NCBI GenBank assembly: GCA_964016885.1
Contig: CAXHJY010001718.1
Location: forward strand, 1-58,547
Reading direction: 5' to 3'
DNA: 58,547 bases
From: Eledone cirrhosa
Lineage: Eukaryota
The notes under the pieces are model-generated. The model was not told where the DNA came from. It saw nothing but the letters and a program-made list of their open reading frames with translations, and ran no database searches. This document shows, piece by piece, positions 57,601-58,547 of the stretch (position 1 is its first letter; every line of letters starts with the position of its first letter). Position numbers and translations under genes: made by a program.

Positions 57601-58547
57601 CTGAAATTCACGCCACACATAGCCAATGAGTGTCTGCACATGTACCAGTAATTACAGATCGATCCGACCACGGGCGGCTGGCCCGCGATTGAAAAGGTAA
57701 ATCGCGGCTAATCGTCATTTTTGGATTCGTTTTCTTCGAAGCACACCATTCGCCGGCGGACTTTGTTGACGTTTAACACGGTTTGGTTCCACAGCCACAA
57801 CTATTGATTTTACGGAGATATCTTGCTGAAATTCACGCCACACATAGCCAATGAGTGTCTGCACATGTACCAGTAATTACAGATCGATCCGACCACGGGC
57901 GGCCGGCCCGCTATTGAAAAGGTAATCCGCCGGCCTAATCGTCATTTTTGGATTCGTTTTCTTCGAAGCCAAACCATTTGCCGCGGACTTTGTTGACGTT
58001 TAACACCGTTTGGTTCCACAGCCACAACTATTGATTTTACGGAGATATCTTGCTGAAATTCACGCCACACATAGCCAATGAGTGTCTGCACATGTACCAG
58101 TAATTACAGATCGATCCGACCACGGGCGGCCGGCCCGCGATTGAAAAGGTAAATCCGCCGGCTAATCGTCATTTTTGGATTCGTTTTCTTCGAAGCACAC
58201 CATTCGCCGGCGGACTTTGTTGACGTTTAACACGGTTTGGTTCCACAGCCACAACTATTGATTTTACGGAGATATCTTGCTGAAATTCACGCCACACATA
58301 GCCAATGAGTGTCTGCACATGTACCAGTAATTACAGATCGATCGACCACGGGCGGCCGGCCCGCGATTGAAAAGGGTAAATCCGCCGGCTAATCGTCATT
58401 TTTGATTCGTTTTCTTCGAAGCACACCATTCGCCGGCGGACTTGTTGACGTTTAACACGGTTTGGTTCCAAAGCCACAACTATTGATTTTACGGAGATAT
58501 CTTGCTGAAATTCCACGCCACACATAGCCAATGAGTGTCTGCACATG
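50970..58547. other. Terminal zone with dense singleton indels (probable raw-read error)
   Basis: Dozens of mostly 1-bp insertions and deletions, many in homopolymers, while the diagnostic variant pattern is preserved. Confidence 0.8.

Larger units (their letters stand above)
1..58547. repeat. Tandem satellite array, 226/227-bp monomer, about 258 copies, head-to-tail
   Basis: The marker ACTATTGATTTTACGGAG recurs at 1, 227, 454, 681, 907, 1134, 1361 and so on up to 58479. Copies differ by only a few bases. There is no inversion, insertion or unique flank, and both window ends lie inside the array. Confidence 0.99.

Noticed and set aside
41555-58546. Fourteen ORFs of 61-86 aa (MQTLIGYVW..., MTISRRIY..., and similar)
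   Set aside because: They arise only where singleton frameshifting indels join short frames of the repeat. Intact monomers have stops that keep these frames short, and I recognise no protein motif.
1-58547. CRISPR or CRISPR-like repeat-spacer array
   Set aside because: There are no variable spacers because the entire 227-bp unit repeats. No cas or other genes are present.
1-58547. Rolling-circle or MDA concatemer of a single small circle
   Set aside because: One template would give identical or strictly periodic copies. The nested, irregular variant order with recombinants indicates a genomic array.

Overview
The whole 58,547-bp window is one uninterrupted head-to-tail tandem array (satellite DNA) of a 226/227-bp monomer. 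By manual count there are 258 full copies plus a 69-bp partial copy, all in one orientation, about 48% GC and CpG-rich. I found no supportable protein-coding gene, rRNA, tRNA, transposon or CRISPR array, and no unique sequence. I do not recognise the satellite family or the host. About ten recurrent variant sites define monomer types: a = 226 bp with TGGCTG; b = plain 227 bp; c = TCAAG (cA if also GCCAAAACT); d = 226 bp with GCTATT and GCAAACC; e = TGGCTG with GGCTGGC; q = TCCAAAG; r = GCCATT with TCCAAAG; s = plain 226 bp. These types form nested higher-order repeats (2-, 5-, 6- and 17-mers) and multi-kb block duplications 22-29 kb apart, with recombinant monomers marking some crossover points. 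This architecture is typical of a young, actively homogenised eukaryotic satellite, possibly centromeric (inference). All ORFs in the supplied track lie in two zones of non-recurrent indels (about 41.2-42.0 kb and 51 kb to the end) that look like sequencing error. The monomer is unusually rich in dyad symmetry. It also carries an AAG|GTAAAT donor-like site followed by an Sm-site-like ATTTTTGG, which raises a speculative spliced-leader/snRNA-array hypothesis. The sequence alone does not establish a new biological system.
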